In this document: one piece after another, positions 47,110-56,956 of the stretch | Numbering within the stretch: position 1 is the first letter of the stretch | How the letters are laid out: each line of letters begins with the position of its first letter | From: Spirochaetia bacterium | GTDB taxonomy: Bacteria > Spirochaetota > Spirochaetia > CADAEX01 | Direction: 5' to 3' | DNA: 64,000 nt | NCBI GenBank assembly: GCA_963662795.1 | Contig: OY759746.1 | Location: forward strand, 2,656,001-2,720,000 | Translations under genes and position numbers: made by a program | Notes under the pieces: model-generated | The model's database searches: none | Seen by the model: only the letters and a program-made list of their open reading frames with translations | What the model was told of the DNA's origin: nothing

Positions 47110-48198
47110 ATGGGAAAACGCACTCCCTTATATGAAAAACACTTGCAGCTTGGCGGAAGGATTGTTGATTTTGCAGGCTGGGATCTTCCTGTGCAGTATA
47201 CTTCAGCTATTGAAGAGCACATGGCTGTAAGAACCAATGCAGGAATTTTTGATATTTCGCACATGGGAGAATTCAGTGTAAAGGGAAAAGACAGTCAGAA
47301 TTATCTCGAGTCTCTTGTCCCAACGTCCTTTTCAAAACTGGAAGACGGCAAGGGTATGTACAGCTGCCTCTGTAATGCAAAGGGCGGAATTATTGATGAT
47401 TTATTCATATTCAGGATTGCCGGTGATGATTTTTATCTGGTTGTAAATGCCGGAACAAGGGAAAAAGATTTCAAATGGCTTAAAGCCGGCCTTAAGGGAG
47501 ATGTTGTTCTCGAGGATCTTTCAGATGTAACCGCAAAGATAGATATTCAGGGTCCTTCTTCAAAAAATATTATGCAGAAAATCTTTGCTGACATTGATTT
47601 TGAAGCGCTTGAAAGGTTTCATTTTACCTGGTCAAAGTTCAATGGAAACAGGATCATGATTTCAAATACAGGATATACCGGCGAAGCGGGCTATGAGCTT
47701 TTTATGAATCCTGAGTCAGCGGGAGCGCTGTGGGACATCCTGCTTGAAAAAGGAAAGCCTTTTAATCTTATTCCCTGTGGACTTGCTTCCCGTGATTCAC
47801 TCCGCCTTGAAGCGTGTTATTCACTTTACGGGCATGAGCTTAATGAAAACGTCAATCCGGTAGAAGCCGGGCTTTCCTGGATAGTAAATTCGGATAAGAA
47901 ATATACAGCCTCGGATATTCTCAGAAAGGTCAAGGCGGAAGGGGCTTCCCGGAGAATTGTCTGCCTTGAAATAAAGGAAAAGGGAATACCGCGGGAAGGG
48001 TACAGGGTAATGTATGAAGGAGCTGATATCGGACATGTTACAAGCGGCGGATATTCTCCTGTACTGAAAAAAGGGATAGCGTTTGCGCTTGTAAAAACCG
48101 GAATTGTAAAAACCGGCAGTGATGTTGATATCGTAATCAGGGACAAAAATGTGGGGGCTTCTGTGGTTAAGCGCCCGTTTTATAGTTTTAACGGATAA
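47110..48198 (+). CDS. gcvT: glycine cleavage system aminomethyltransferase T
   Basis: RTPLYEKH, FAGWDLPVQY, FDISHMGE, TGYTGEAGYE, RDSLRLEA. Confidence 0.96.
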   Translation: MGKRTPLYEKHLQLGGRIVDFAGWDLPVQYTSAIEEHMAVRTNAGIFDISHMGEFSVKGKDSQNYLESLVPTSFSKLEDGKGMYSCLCNAKGGIIDDLFIFRIAGDDFYLVVNAGTREKDFKWLKAGLKGDVVLEDLSDVTAKIDIQGPSSKNIMQKIFADIDFEALERFHFTWSKFNGNRIMISNTGYTGEAGYELFMNPESAGALWDILLEKGKPFNLIPCGLASRDSLRLEACYSLYGHELNENVNPVEAGLSWIVNSDKKYTASDILRKVKAEGASRRIVCLEIKEKGIPREGYRVMYEGADIGHVTSGGYSPVLKKGIAFALVKTGIVKTGSDVDIVIRDKNVGASVVKRPFYSFNG

Positions 48199-48210
48199 GG
48201 GAGGAAAGGA

Positions 48211-48621
48211 ATGGATGCAACTAAAGGTAGGGAAGTAAAAGAAGGTTTCAGGTATACGGACAAACACGAGTGGATAAAACCGGACGGGAAAGGGAATGCT
48301 CTTTGCGGGATATCTGATTTTGCCCAAAACAGCCTGGGAGATATAGTCTATGTCGAACTGTCTGCTTCGTCAGGCAGCACTATTTCGGCAGGCGATGTAA
48401 TTGCTGTCGTTGAATCTGCAAAGGCTGCCTCTGATGTATATTCGCCTGTATCGGGAAAGGTGCTTGAATTAAACAGCGCAATTGAGGATGCTCCCGAAAC
48501 AGTGAATAAATCTCCGTATGATGACGGGTGGTTTATAAAACTGGAACTCTCTGATACGGCAGAGCTTGAAAAACTGATGACTCCTGCGCAGTATACCGAT
48601 TTTCTTGCTGCCGGGGGCTGA
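48211..48621 (+). CDS. gcvH: glycine cleavage system H protein
   Basis: HEW, GISDFAQ.SLGDIVYVEL, VESAKAASDVYSPVSG lipoyl site. Confidence 0.96.
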   Translation: MDATKGREVKEGFRYTDKHEWIKPDGKGNALCGISDFAQNSLGDIVYVELSASSGSTISAGDVIAVVESAKAASDVYSPVSGKVLELNSAIEDAPETVNKSPYDDGWFIKLELSDTAELEKLMTPAQYTDFLAAGG

Positions 48622-48622
48622 A

Positions 48623-49954
48623 ATGAAATATACCCTTTTAAATAATGATGACAAAACCCTGATGCTTAAAAAAATCGGGGTATCAAAAATTGATGATCTG
48701 TTTGCCGACCTTCCTCAGGATATTCTTCTGGACAAACTTGACGGGCTTCCGGAACCTGTATCGGAAATGGAAATATTTGATATTCTGAAAAGTGAAAGCT
48801 GCAAAAACAGTTCCCGGAGGATGTTTTTGGGTGCGGGAGCATATAACCACTATATACCGGCAGTTGTTGACGATCTTGCGTCAAGATCGGAATTCTATAC
48901 TGCCTATACCCCCTACCAGCCTGAAGTCAGCCAGGGAACACTGACTGCCATATTTGAATTCCAGACCTACATGTGCCGTCTGACCGGTATGGATGTTACC
49001 AACGCAAGCATGTACGACGGTGCAACCTCTCTTGCCGAGGCTGTTATGATGTCAGCAAGGAACAGCAGGAAGGACAAGGTGCTTGTAAGCCGCGCTGTAA
49101 ATCCTGTTTACAGGGAAGTTCTTGCAACATACGCATGGGCCGCCGGTCTTAAAGTTGAGGAAATCCCCCTGAAGGGTCTTGTAACGGATTTTGATGCGGT
49201 TAAAAAGTTATGCGACAATGAAACAGGAGCTGTTGTAATACAGTCTCCCAACTTTTTCGGATGTATAGAGACTCCTGACGCAGCCTCGCCAGGTTTTTCC
49301 GCGTTTAAAGAAGAGAAAAAGCTTGATCTCATTTATACCGTAACTGAAGCCTTAAGCCTCGGCTTTCTTAAAAGTCCTGCCGAAATGGGAGCCGACATTG
49401 TCTGCGGTGAAGCGCAGAGTTTCGGAAGCCCTGTCTCATTCGGCGGCCCGATGCTCGGTTTTATTTCAGCGAAGGAACGCTTTACCCGCAAAATACCCGG
49501 GCGCCTTATAGGGCTTACAGTCGATTCTGACGGTAATAAAGTTTTTGCCCTTACACTTCAGGCCAGGGAGCAGCATATCAGAAGGGAAAAAGCAACTTCC
49601 AATATCTGCTCGAACGAAGGAATTCTTGCGGTCAAGGCTGCTGTTTATCTGGGGACAACAGGTCCTCAGCTTGGAAAACTTGGGAAACTTAATCACAATA
49701 CAGCATCATATCTGCGTGAAAATCTTCTTTCCGCCGGATTTTCCCCGGTCTCCGATGCCCCGTTTTTTAACGAGTTTGTGCTGCATAACGGAAAATCCGG
49801 TTTTGACAGCGCAGCCGCCGGAGCCGGTTTCGACCTGGGCGGATACTTTCCGGAATTCAGGGACTGCACTCTTTTCTGCGCCACAGAGACAGACACAATG
49901 CAGTCGATAGACAATTTTATTGAAAAAATAAAGTCAGGCAGTGTATGGAAATAA
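48623..49954 (+). CDS. gcvPA: glycine dehydrogenase subunit 1
   Basis: FLGAGAY, YTAYTPYQPEVSQG, NASMYDGA, REQHIRREKATSNICSN. Confidence 0.96.
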   Translation: MKYTLLNNDDKTLMLKKIGVSKIDDLFADLPQDILLDKLDGLPEPVSEMEIFDILKSESCKNSSRRMFLGAGAYNHYIPAVVDDLASRSEFYTAYTPYQPEVSQGTLTAIFEFQTYMCRLTGMDVTNASMYDGATSLAEAVMMSARNSRKDKVLVSRAVNPVYREVLATYAWAAGLKVEEIPLKGLVTDFDAVKKLCDNETGAVVIQSPNFFGCIETPDAASPGFSAFKEEKKLDLIYTVTEALSLGFLKSPAEMGADIVCGEAQSFGSPVSFGGPMLGFISAKERFTRKIPGRLIGLTVDSDGNKVFALTLQAREQHIRREKATSNICSNEGILAVKAAVYLGTTGPQLGKLGKLNHNTASYLRENLLSAGFSPVSDAPFFNEFVLHNGKSGFDSAAAGAGFDLGGYFPEFRDCTLFCATETDTMQSIDNFIEKIKSGSVWK

Positions 49955-51366
49955 TATTTGACAAAAGCAAAACAGGAAAAAACAGCTATGCTGTGCCGCA
50001 GTGGAAAGGAAAGGAATATCCGCTTGATAACAGATATATCGGAAATTCCGGAACCTCTCTTCCTGATGTCGGCGAGTCGGAACTTGTAAGGCACTATGTA
50101 AATCTCTCCAAAAAGAATTTCTGCGTGGATGAGAACATGTATCCGCTGGGCAGCTGCACAATGAAATATAACCCCAAGATCAATGAGAAGCTTGCATCTG
50201 ATCCGGGATTCACGGCCCTTCATCCCCTTTGCGGCCCGGAATCATCGCAGGGTGCGCTTAAAATCATATTCGAACTTGAAGAATACCTTAAAAAAATTAC
50301 AGGGATGAAAGGAGTTACGCTTCTTCCCGCAGCCGGTTCCCACGGGGAACTTACAGGTGTGATGCTTATAAAAAAGCACTTTGAGAAAACAGGCGAAATG
50401 AGGGATACAATTATAATCCCTGATTCAGCCCATGGTACCAACCCGGCATCTGTTGCCATGTGCGGTTTCAAACTTAAAGAGGTAAAGTCCACTCCTGAAG
50501 GCGATGTCGATATCCAGGCTCTTGAAGGGATGATAGATAAAAATACAGCAGGAATGATGCTGACAAGCCCCGGCACAACAGGACTTTTTGACAGAAATAT
50601 AAAGAAAATAGCAAAGATGCTCCATGATAACGGCTCTCTTTTTTATGGAGACGGCGCAAACCTTAACGCGACACTCGGCAAGGCAAGGTTTGCCGATATG
50701 GGCTTTGACATAATGCATATGAACCTTCACAAGACTTTCTCCACTCCTCACGGAGGGGGAGGCCCGGGCGCAGGTCCTGTTGCTGTAGTTGAAAGCCTGA
50801 TAAAGTATCTGCCTGTACCCCGTGTTGTGAAAAAGGGAGGACAGTATGCTTTTGAAACAGATCTGCCGGATACAATCGGAAGGGTACACAGTTTCGCAGG
50901 TAATTTTCTTATCTATTTAAGGGCTTATGTCTATATCAGGCTTCTTGGGGCTGCCGGTTTAAAGGATGTTTCTGAAACAGCTGTCCTGAACGCGAATTAC
51001 CTTCTTTCCCTTCTGAAGGATGATTATAACTGGCCTATCAGGCGAAAATGCATGCATGAATTCATAATCAACGATAAAGGTTTTCCGTCAGGGATAACAA
51101 CAGACCATATCTCAAAAAGGATTCTTGATTACGGATTCCACGCACCGACAGTATTTTTCCCTCTGATTGTTGAACACAGCATCATGATAGAACCTACTGA
51201 GACGGAAAACCGCGAAACGCTTGAAAATTTTGCGGATGTCATGAAGAAAATTAAAAAAGAGGCGTTTGAAACACCTGAAATTGTTCTGAACGCACCTCAT
51301 AAAACCCCCATAAGGAGGGCTGATGTTGTCCAGGCCGCAAGAACTCCGATCCTGAAGTGGGAATAA
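49945..51366 (+). CDS. gcvPB: glycine dehydrogenase subunit 2
   Basis: YPLGSCTMKYNP, SAHGTNPAS, NLHKTFSTPHGGGGPG, IEPTETE. Confidence 0.96.
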   Translation: MEIIFDKSKTGKNSYAVPQWKGKEYPLDNRYIGNSGTSLPDVGESELVRHYVNLSKKNFCVDENMYPLGSCTMKYNPKINEKLASDPGFTALHPLCGPESSQGALKIIFELEEYLKKITGMKGVTLLPAAGSHGELTGVMLIKKHFEKTGEMRDTIIIPDSAHGTNPASVAMCGFKLKEVKSTPEGDVDIQALEGMIDKNTAGMMLTSPGTTGLFDRNIKKIAKMLHDNGSLFYGDGANLNATLGKARFADMGFDIMHMNLHKTFSTPHGGGGPGAGPVAVVESLIKYLPVPRVVKKGGQYAFETDLPDTIGRVHSFAGNFLIYLRAYVYIRLLGAAGLKDVSETAVLNANYLLSLLKDDYNWPIRRKCMHEFIINDKGFPSGITTDHISKRILDYGFHAPTVFFPLIVEHSIMIEPTETENRETLENFADVMKKIKKEAFETPEIVLNAPHKTPIRRADVVQAARTPILKWE

Positions 51367-51386
51367 TCGGGGGGAACTGACAGACA

Positions 51387-51429
51387 GGCTGCATTCCATG
51401 CTGGAGATAGTATGGAATGCAGCTATTTT
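51387..51429 (+). terminator. gcv operon terminator
   Basis: GCTGCATTCCAT...ATGGAATGCAGC stem followed by TATTTT. Confidence 0.7.
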
Positions 51430-51477
51430 ATGTGAAAAAAATATAACAAACCAAGTTTATAGTATTATAATAATGTC

Positions 51478-52431
51478 ATGAACGACAATAAACTGCTTGT
51501 TTCCATGACCCTGAATCCGGCGATTGACAAGATTATTGAACTTGAAAAATTCAGGTACGGTAAGATGAACCGTATTGATGCCAGTTCAATGACAATTGCC
51601 GGAAAGGGATATCATGTAGCCATTACTTACCAGTTACTGGGCGGTAATGCTTTCTGCCTCGGCTACAGCTTCAAGCACAACAGGATAATGACTGAGAAAT
51701 ATTTTCAGGAAAACAGCCTTCCGAATGAATTCTGCGAAGTAAACGGAGATCTCCGTGTAAATTTGAAAATGCATGATAACGCGACAGGAAAGATAACCGA
51801 GATAAACGACAGGGGATGTGAAATCGGAAAAAAGGATATTGAAGCAGTGTTTGATCTTTTCAGAAAATATCTTTCTGAAGATGGTTTATTTGTTTTTACA
51901 GGAAGTATTCCTCCCGGAGTCTACCCCGAAATTTACAGGGATATGATAGCTGAATCTGTCGGGAAAGGAAAAAGATCAGTTCTTGGCGGGGAAGGGCTTC
52001 CCATGCTGAAAGGTATTGAGGGCAAACCTTATCTTCTTAAAGCAAATACTTACGAAGTTGAACAGACTTTTGGAATCAGTATAAATAACATCAGTGAAGC
52101 TGCCGCATTTTGCAGTAAAATCAATAGAATGGGTGTGGAAATTGTCAGCATAACTCTCGGCGAAAATGGAGCTGTAATATCTGACGGTAATAATATGTTT
52201 TCCGCTCTCCTTCCTGTCAGGCTGAGCAATATTTATCCGCTTGGCGCCGGAAACGCATTTCTGGGAGCCTTGTGCCGGGGAATCAACTTTGAGGGAAAAT
52301 CTGATATTGAAGAAATGCTGCGCAGCGGGGTTGCCGCCGCGTCAGCCAGAATTGCAAATACAAATAAAAAGTATCTTGATATTGAAAGGTACAAAAACTT
52401 CAGGCAGCAGGTCGAAGTAAGGTCTCTTTAA
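51478..52431 (+). CDS. 1-phosphofructokinase/LacC-like PfkB-family protein with degenerate active site
   Basis: MTLNPAIDK, RVNLK, TEINDRG, GSIPPG, ITLGENGA; GAGN in place of GAGD. Confidence 0.85.
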   Translation: MNDNKLLVSMTLNPAIDKIIELEKFRYGKMNRIDASSMTIAGKGYHVAITYQLLGGNAFCLGYSFKHNRIMTEKYFQENSLPNEFCEVNGDLRVNLKMHDNATGKITEINDRGCEIGKKDIEAVFDLFRKYLSEDGLFVFTGSIPPGVYPEIYRDMIAESVGKGKRSVLGGEGLPMLKGIEGKPYLLKANTYEVEQTFGISINNISEAAAFCSKINRMGVEIVSITLGENGAVISDGNNMFSALLPVRLSNIYPLGAGNAFLGALCRGINFEGKSDIEEMLRSGVAAASARIANTNKKYLDIERYKNFRQQVEVRSL

Positions 52432-53483
52432 AAATCAAGGACAGAGCTGATATCAGGAATGGAAGACAGAAGAGGCATTGTATCTATGCTTCTTGCTCCC
52501 AGTTTTATCAGTTCATACCTTACCTTCGCGATTGGAGTTTCCTTTCTGTCAGCTTCAAGCTGTATGCTGTACTGCGAGTATTTGGATCCGGGAATTCTTG
52601 TGGGTTCATCAGCGTAAAGATTGTATTTTGTAAGGTACTCTTCTGTTATTTCCTTTTTGTCTTCCGGAACATTGAAAATAAGAAGCACCTTGTTCTCCGC
52701 GTTGATTGTTCCGTAAAGGTTAAGGGTGAGCATTTTAAGCAGCTCTTTCTTCTCACTGCTTTTAAAAAGTTCAGGGCTTGCCCATATACTTGTTTCTGAC
52801 GAAAAAACCTCATCAATTATCTTGAGTCCGTAGCTTTTAAGCGCGCTTCCTGACTGGGTAATCTCAAGCCCTATGTCCGCTCCGAGGTTCTTTATTTTCG
52901 CCTCTGTTTTTCCCCATGTCTCGTATATAAGAATTCCTTTATCAATTTTCGGCGGAGTTTTATATTTCTGGACCGACCAGCTTTCTGAAAACTCACCAAG
53001 CCCTGCTTCCTTCATTTTTTCCTGTATCCAGAAAAGAGACATGTAGGGGAGCTCGGAAACAACTGTAATCAGTTTATTCCCTGCTTTAAAAAAGTTTTTG
53101 AGATACTGGACAGTTGAAGTTTCTTTTGCTTCCTCATCAACAATACCTACAAGCCTTACATTTCCCCGGTTCAATGACATGATTTTTTCAAGCTTTATAT
53201 CAACACCATATTCAATTTTAAGCTCAAGCCGCCGTTCCTCAATCCAGTCATTTCCGGCGATCGCAACATCAAGTTCGTTAAGCGCAAGCTGAGTGCCGAA
53301 TTCCTGGGGCCTGCCGTCCCAGCCGAAAAGAAAGTTCACGGATGTAAATGATGTCGGGCCTCCTGATTCATAGCCTTTGGTCGGAAATCCTGAATACTCA
53401 AGAAGTTCTGTGAGGTTTCCCCCTCTTTTCGAGTTTGCAAGCGAGCCTGCCGGCATTCCTATGACAAGTTGATTATTTTTCAT
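52428..53483 (-). CDS. hisG: ATP phosphoribosyltransferase-like protein (divergent long-form HisG)
   Basis: GMPAGSL, RPQE, DVAIAGNDWIEE, TWGKTEAK, EITQSGSALKSYGL; C-terminal regulatory-type domain. Confidence 0.72.
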   Translation of the reverse strand: MKNNQLVIGMPAGSLANSKRGGNLTELLEYSGFPTKGYESGGPTSFTSVNFLFGWDGRPQEFGTQLALNELDVAIAGNDWIEERRLELKIEYGVDIKLEKIMSLNRGNVRLVGIVDEEAKETSTVQYLKNFFKAGNKLITVVSELPYMSLFWIQEKMKEAGLGEFSESWSVQKYKTPPKIDKGILIYETWGKTEAKIKNLGADIGLEITQSGSALKSYGLKIIDEVFSSETSIWASPELFKSSEKKELLKMLTLNLYGTINAENKVLLIFNVPEDKKEITEEYLTKYNLYADEPTRIPGSKYSQYSIQLEADRKETPIAKVRYELIKLGARSIDTMPLLSSIPDISSVLDF

Positions 53484-53486
53484 AAA

Positions 53487-53876
53487 TTATTCCTCTATTA
53501 ATTCAAGTTTGTTGTCTTCATTAACCTTTCGGTAGTAGCAGCTTGTATGGGGCAGGCCGCTTGCCCTTTTCGCGTGACAGGCCCCTTTCCCCTCAGGTTT
53601 TACAAGATATAGAAGCGAGTTCTGCTCGCAGTTTATCCTGATTTCAACAATTTTAAGCATATCGCCTGATGTAAGACCTTTTTTCCAGAGTTCATTCCTG
53701 CTTCTGCTCCAGTAGGTAGCGTAACCGCTATTTCTGGTTTCATCAAAAGCCTCTTTATTTACAAAGGAGAGGATAAGCACCTCTTTTGTCTCAAAATCCT
53801 GGGTTACAACAGGCAAAAGCGCTCTGCCGTCACTGCCGAAATCAATTAAAAGCTCTTCAGTATATTCCTTGCCCAT
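53487..53876 (-). CDS. hisI: phosphoribosyl-AMP cyclohydrolase-like protein
   Basis: LLPVVTQD, ATYWSRSRNELWKKGLTSG, C..GACH..SCYYR; the metal motif reads NCEQN rather than DCDxD. Confidence 0.82.
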   Translation of the reverse strand: MGKEYTEELLIDFGSDGRALLPVVTQDFETKEVLILSFVNKEAFDETRNSGYATYWSRSRNELWKKGLTSGDMLKIVEIRINCEQNSLLYLVKPEGKGACHAKRASGLPHTSCYYRKVNEDNKLELIEE

Positions 53877-54155
53877 ATAGCCCCCTGTTCCGGTTTTGAT
53901 TTTAGGAATGATGCTAACAATAAATTCAACTTTCTGCAAGTTGAAGAACCTTTATTGTTAAGGGTAATGGATCACAAGATTAAATTCAGACGGATCGAAA
54001 TCAGAACGGTTACAATCTTATAACAATATAAACCGGGTTCATTTCCCGCTTTTGTTGATTTAATAATCATTCAGGACGATAATTTAACAGGGTGTTTTTT
54101 TCATACGTGTAAACAGTATGTCAAAAGCGCCTTATAACAAATCAGGATGTTGAAT

Positions 54156-54788
54156 ATGGAATTATCAGATCTTTTTTTCAAAACAGGAATTATCCCGGTT
54201 ATTAAAATTGACAAGGCTGAAAAAGTTCTTCCTGTTGCTGAAGCGCTGTTAAAAGCAGGAATTCCGATTGCAGAGATTACTTTCAGATCAGATGCCGCGG
54301 AAAAAGGCATTTCCCTGCTGAAAAAGAAATTGCCGGAGATTCTTGCAGGGGCCGGAACTGTTCTTACTCCTGTCCAGCTTGCGATGGCCGCAGGTGCAGG
54401 GGCCGATTTCATAGTTACACCCGGCTTTAATCCTGAAATTGTTGATCAGGCCTTAAAGCTCGGGATACCTGTATATCCAGGTGTCAACAGTCCGACGCAG
54501 GTAGAGATGGGTCTTTCGAGAAATCTTAAGATCCTTAAATTCTTTCCGGCTGGAGTGTCGGGCGGAACGGCGATGATGAAAGCTCTTGAACCTGTATATA
54601 ACGTGAAATTTATGCCGACAGGAGGAATAGGCTTAAGCAATATTGCGGATTACCTTAAATGCAGAAACGTTATTGCCTGCGGAGGAAGCTGGATGGTTAA
54701 ATCAGAGCTTATCGAAGCGAAAAAATACGACGAAATCTACCGGCTTGCAGATGAGGCCGTAAAGGCGGTACGTGCGGTCCGGCCTTAA
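54156..54788 (+). CDS. eda: KDPG/KHG aldolase
   Basis: AEITFRS, GAGTVL, LKFFPA, FMPTGGI, ACGGSW; alternative start 54147. Confidence 0.93.
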   Translation: MELSDLFFKTGIIPVIKIDKAEKVLPVAEALLKAGIPIAEITFRSDAAEKGISLLKKKLPEILAGAGTVLTPVQLAMAAGAGADFIVTPGFNPEIVDQALKLGIPVYPGVNSPTQVEMGLSRNLKILKFFPAGVSGGTAMMKALEPVYNVKFMPTGGIGLSNIADYLKCRNVIACGGSWMVKSELIEAKKYDEIYRLADEAVKAVRAVRP

Positions 54789-54861
54789 GGCTGAGCCGGA
54801 CTGGCAGCTGCCTATGCAATTCCGGCACGGCCCGGGGCAGGGTTCAGAGACAGATACGGCA

Positions 54862-55797
54862 TTAAGGTTTACAGGTGCTTCTCTCAATAATCCCCATAAC
54901 ATTGTAGATCAGCCTGGCTGCCGCAAAATCAGAAGCGTGAAATCCGGGGTGTGTGAACGGCGCAAGTTCAACAACGTCAAATCCAATTATCTTTCTCTGC
55001 TGCGCTGCTGATTCAATTATTGAATGTACCTGATACCACCCGAGTCCGCCGGGTTCAGGTGTTCCTGTCGCAGGAAAAATAGAAGGATCAAATCCGTCCA
55101 CATCAATGGAGATATATAAATATTCAGGAAAATCTGCCGGGAATACTATTGAAGTAATGTTTTTTTCAACTACCTCTCTCGCGTCAATAAATGATATCCC
55201 GTTTTCCTTCCTGAAAACTACTTCCGGCGGAGAGAGGCTCCGTATACCTATCTGGAAAAGCGGTAGACCGAGTTCAAAACCGCGCCGCATAACGCAGGCG
55301 TGGCTCAGCCTGTCTCCCTCGTAAATGTCGCGCAAATCTGAATGGGCATCGAAATGAAGTATGCCTGTTTTTCCTGCAAACGGTGAGCCTTTCCGTGTAA
55401 TGGCTTTGAAGGCTGCAAGGGAAACAGTATGCTCTCCCCCCAGCAGAACAGGAACATGTCCTTCCTTCAGGGCTGAGTAAATTTCCTTTTCAATTTCTTC
55501 AAGAAAATTTTCCGTACTTCCTGAAAGGGCTGATTTATCAGGGTTCCGTGTGAATATTCCCCTGTCTCCGGGAACTGAATATCCATCCCACTTTTCAAGC
55601 TGCTGGGATGCTTCAATAATCGCTGCCGGCCCTTTTGCAGTGCCTGTTCCGTAGGAAACGCTTTTCTCAAGCGGTGCGGGGATAATGTGGAAGAGAGCTT
55701 CTTCCGCAGAGGAAGAAACTTCAGACCCTAAAAATTGTTTGACGCCGCTCTTGTCTGTACCGTATTCATGCCGTCTTTCTGTGTTGCTTAACGCCAT
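54862..55797 (-). CDS. speB: agmatinase
   Basis: GGEHTV, HFDAHSDLR, SHAC, SIDVDGFDP, TGTPEPGG. Confidence 0.93.
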   Translation of the reverse strand: MALSNTERRHEYGTDKSGVKQFLGSEVSSSAEEALFHIIPAPLEKSVSYGTGTAKGPAAIIEASQQLEKWDGYSVPGDRGIFTRNPDKSALSGSTENFLEEIEKEIYSALKEGHVPVLLGGEHTVSLAAFKAITRKGSPFAGKTGILHFDAHSDLRDIYEGDRLSHACVMRRGFELGLPLFQIGIRSLSPPEVVFRKENGISFIDAREVVEKNITSIVFPADFPEYLYISIDVDGFDPSIFPATGTPEPGGLGWYQVHSIIESAAQQRKIIGFDVVELAPFTHPGFHASDFAAARLIYNVMGIIERSTCKP

Positions 55798-55798
55798 A

Positions 55799-56956
55799 TC
55801 AGGACAATCTCCCTTTGAAATCTTTATATCCGAATTCCTTGATTATTTTATAATTTCCGTTTTTACTGCTGCAGGCTACAATCGCCGGAAGGGGCACACC
55901 GTTAAAAGTCGTGGTTTTTACCATGGAGTAGTGTGCCATGTCTGTAAATACAAGAGGGTCTCCCGGTTTCAGGGGAGTGTCAAACGAGTATTCCCCTATT
56001 ATATCTCCGGCAAGGCAGGATGTTCCCCCTAAAATGTAGCTGTATTTTTTTTCACCTTTAAATCCTGACCCTAATATCATAGGACGGTACGGCATCTCAA
56101 TTATATCCGGCATGTGGGTCTGGGCTGATACATCAAGCAGTGCGATTTTACCGTTATTATCCACTATGTCAAGTACTCTTGAAACAAGTACTCCGGTGTT
56201 GAGCGCAACTGCTTCTCCCGGTTCCAGATATACTTCAACTTCATATTTATTTTTAAAATCCGAAATCAGCCTGCAGAGAAGGTCAATATCATAATCGTCT
56301 CTGGTTATGTGATGTCCTCCGCCGAAGTTTATCCATTTCATCCTGCCTAAATATTTTCCGAACTTTTCTTCTACTGCGGCAAGTGTCCTTTCGAGGGAAT
56401 CAGAATTTTTTTCACAGAGTGTGTGGAAGTGAAGACCTGTTATCCCTTCAGCAAGTTCTTCCCTGAAGTTCGCTGCCGTTACCCCAAGCCGCGAGAGCGG
56501 CCTGCACGGGTCATAGACCGCGGTTTCTGTTTCACTGTGCTGGGGGTTAATTCTTATTCCGGCTTCGGCTGAGCTGTTGTATTTTCTTAAAAGCGGGAGG
56601 AATTTTTCAAGCTGGCTGAAAGAGTTGAAAACTACATGCCCTGAGAGACGGGCTATTTCCCTGAACTCTTCTTCCCTGAACGCAGGGCTGTAGGTGTGAA
56701 CCTCGCCGCCGAATTCCTCATAGCCGAGCCGCGCCTCATTAAGGCCGCTCGCGCAGACACCCTTTAAGTATTTTCTGATGAGGGGGTAGAAGTAGAACAT
56801 TGCAAAGCCTTTCTGCGCCAGCAGTATTTTAGCTCCTGTTCTCTTCTGTACCGAGTCGAGTACTTTAAGGTTGTTTTCAAGATCATCCTCATCCACAACA
56901 AAAGAGGGGGAAGGGCATCCTGAAGGATCTAATTTTTTATAAATATTTCTTTCCAC
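55799..56956 (-). CDS. nspC: carboxy(nor)spermidine decarboxylase
   Basis: LLAQKGF, ASGLNEARLG, GLHFHTLCE, LEPGEA, HYSMVKTTTFNG. Confidence 0.94.
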   Translation of the reverse strand: MERNIYKKLDPSGCPSPSFVVDEDDLENNLKVLDSVQKRTGAKILLAQKGFAMFYFYPLIRKYLKGVCASGLNEARLGYEEFGGEVHTYSPAFREEEFREIARLSGHVVFNSFSQLEKFLPLLRKYNSSAEAGIRINPQHSETETAVYDPCRPLSRLGVTAANFREELAEGITGLHFHTLCEKNSDSLERTLAAVEEKFGKYLGRMKWINFGGGHHITRDDYDIDLLCRLISDFKNKYEVEVYLEPGEAVALNTGVLVSRVLDIVDNNGKIALLDVSAQTHMPDIIEMPYRPMILGSGFKGEKKYSYILGGTSCLAGDIIGEYSFDTPLKPGDPLVFTDMAHYSMVKTTTFNGVPLPAIVACSSKNGNYKIIKEFGYKDFKGRLS

